A DNA stretch of 63,982 bases from a virus (lineage: Duplodnaviria > Caudoviricetes): positions 1 through 63,982 of IMG/VR virus record IMGVR_UViG_3300033182_000145. One strand, written 5' to 3'. Below are positions 63,301 to 63,982 of this stretch, one piece after another. Under the pieces are notes generated by a model. The model was not told the origin of the DNA, searched no databases, and saw nothing but the letters and a program-made list of their open reading frames with translations. A program made the translations under genes and the position numbers. How positions within the stretch are numbered: the first letter of the stretch is position 1; every line of letters begins with the position of its first letter.

Positions 63301-63982
63301 GTTGTTAACAATCATAATGATGGAACTGGCTCATTTAAAATTACCGCCCTTAGACAACCCAGTGCTGCTTTTGGTCTTAAGGTAAAGACCATGGGTACGT
63401 TTGACTGGATGAAGCCTAACAACTTTGGTGATGACGATATTCTTGGTACTGTTCGGGCTATGAATTCTTGTGATGCTTTAGTTCTTAAGAATTCTCATAT
63501 TGATTCGTGGTTATCTGGTGTTTGTATCAGTGCTGAGTTAGGCTTGTCCGCCACAGAATACACTACTAAGGGTATCACTATTGAAGATAACTTTATTAGT
63601 GGTGGATGTAACGGTATAACTGTCTATGCAGGGCACTCTACCAGCTCTGGAATTAAGGATGCTAATATCAAGAACAATAAAATTAGCTGTGCCTTACATG
63701 GAAACATTAAGAGATTCTCCGGTATTTATAATTACTTAGGGTTAGTGGGTAGCTGGACAAGCAAGAATGGAACTACCTTAACTGGTGTTTCTTCTTCTGA
63801 TGATTTTGGTAACGGCCCCGCTCAACCCCACATTCCTCACTGCCTTAGATGGTGGCAGGATAAAAAGGGACATTATAATGGTATAATTGATGCGGATGCT
63901 CGTATACTTCAGAGCAGCAATATTTATATTATGCATAACGTTTTTGAAGCCTATGGATCTGGACGAGTGAAGCAGCAAGAGC
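60361..63982 (+). CDS. Tail fibre/tailspike, N-terminal part (GTG start; ~1512 aa in total, ends at 1058)
   Basis: Missing from the ORF track because no stop occurs before the window end; GAGGAG RBS; gp17-like ILRKT...VEFTSGSRINANNLN...QLMFLAQE; fibre repeat TSTSTTQPLSANQGKEL; beta-helix-like repeats (FRRCRFKG, FEDCTFED, FTKCTFRN). Frame spot-checked, not every codon read. Confidence 0.88.
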   Translation, partial: MAYDNISTRTSFIKFTGQDVIDSNYTIFYDSIINPADQISMSLDDQDEIVVVRKFDTSTISDSDYTHSTNPVTASEAWSCWTLPNSSDSGSSMYSINTVNRSITFNTTTADGEWTWTTEQSGRSADIDLPSIAAADTIYILRKTYSLDKFVEFTSGSRINANNLNYIVDQLMFLAQEVTDGFYNIQEFNPAFGMPNGVPLLDSTGKLDNTLMSVATEDGVQGTGSSTDKIRLNLADDSLAISGEQVKVNTNDTLTSTSTTQPLSANQGKELKATIDALSAGVTYKGVIDIDNGASQAAPSAVAGDTYDIIETDGGGSTITLTNFNSLSVSAGDIIRYSGSAWVEVDRSAAYVRQDGSTPLTGNWNAGTFSITGKTEAVTDSSTKLASTAFVKSLDLADFADVTDYGGGTNGHVLKRVSGAWVSVSPSDGTNGVSLNDLKDVTAPSPATGHFLKWTGSTWESAASGSVVAIANTSGGTADGTTDDQSSLDTALNSVGIAGGSASTNALLGSLDLQGRHFGVGSAVETFEKFDFQWRHGKLNWIDTDDDGTTSMLKCPTETNSGVTYLTTASSSGTTKIEVNSASNLAAGDLIQLYSTDTSSSNLDVTSIGGGDVLAKELHYIHKIEGTTLWLRDPLQHNWNAGTANSRVIKKGSASNAQQQPHDIIIEDMTFEDTVHHWVTVTDTDVDFDESSIGAQIIQVDNTTHGVATGAKATVVDVMIDHDNSASKWTSTPSWGWINGKDLPVTVVDSDTCKLNFASGAGGSFDTGQSGNAAGDDILAMFGKSTAIHIENGYRILFRRCRFKGFAGGQVKLTGCREVTFEDCTFEDMKWTGTSGNAIVLKECKDISFTKCTFRNVSHGIAYDGTDSYTAVMGLKIHDCVFDSVTTGVRSINNGIMWDVSVKNVTVNCTAFNPYRNYPIADDNIYATPVGMELIGLKFDIDNYKCDGMTTWDAEDMDETHIASGHTANYGTGKGWSTRWVVNNHNDGTGSFKITALRQPSAAFGLKVKTMGTFDWMKPNNFGDDDILGTVRAMNSCDALVLKNSHIDSWLSGVCISAELGLSATEYTTKGITIEDNFISGGCNGITVYAGHSTSSGIKDANIKNNKISCALHGNIKRFSGIYNYLGLVGSWTSKNGTTLTGVSSSDDFGNGPAQPHIPHCLRWWQDKKGHYNGIIDADARILQSSNIYIMHNVFEAYGSGRVKQQE
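63842..63982. repeat. Second copy of the 141-bp terminal overlap
   Basis: Identical to 1-141. Confidence 0.97.

Noticed and set aside
63842-63982. 141-bp repeat as a biological T7-type direct terminal repeat
   Set aside because: It lies in the middle of the tailspike reading frame, and its length matches a common assembler k-mer overlap.
1-63982. Integrase or lysogeny module, and stop-codon recoding
   Set aside because: No recombinase motifs were seen; long genes read through in the standard code and all three stop codons are used.

Overview
This window is an apparently complete, circularly assembled genome of a T7-like podovirus (Autographiviridae-like). It has 63,841 unique bp, because bases 63842-63982 repeat bases 1-141 exactly. 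All credible genes are on the + strand. The probable physical order starts near 24.9 kb: a GC-rich early block, a cluster of small acidic genes, a T7-type RNA polymerase, a replication/nucleotide module (SSB, RusA, three tRNAs, primase-helicase, sulfotransferase-like protein, DNA polymerase A, dNMP kinase, exonuclease, class II RNR), head genes, tail tube proteins, a ~1512-aa tail fibre/spike that crosses the contig junction, terminase with five tiny basic proteins between its subunits, internal virion proteins ending in a 4728-aa giant, and a small protein with a PEP-CTERM-like tail that hints at a Phycisphaerae (planctomycete) host. The main discovery candidate is that the genome seems to carry three T7-superfamily single-subunit RNA polymerase homologues: (1) the canonical RNAP at 35088-37535; (2) a short, divergent RNAP at 25699-27438 that keeps both catalytic Asp motifs, lacks most of the N-terminal domain and sits directly behind an array of six hairpins; (3) an RNAP-like segment (Rx3Kx7YG motif B) inside the giant virion protein, which also has a zincin HExxH motif, as N4-type virion polymerases do. 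All family calls come from motif recognition by eye; no database searches were run.
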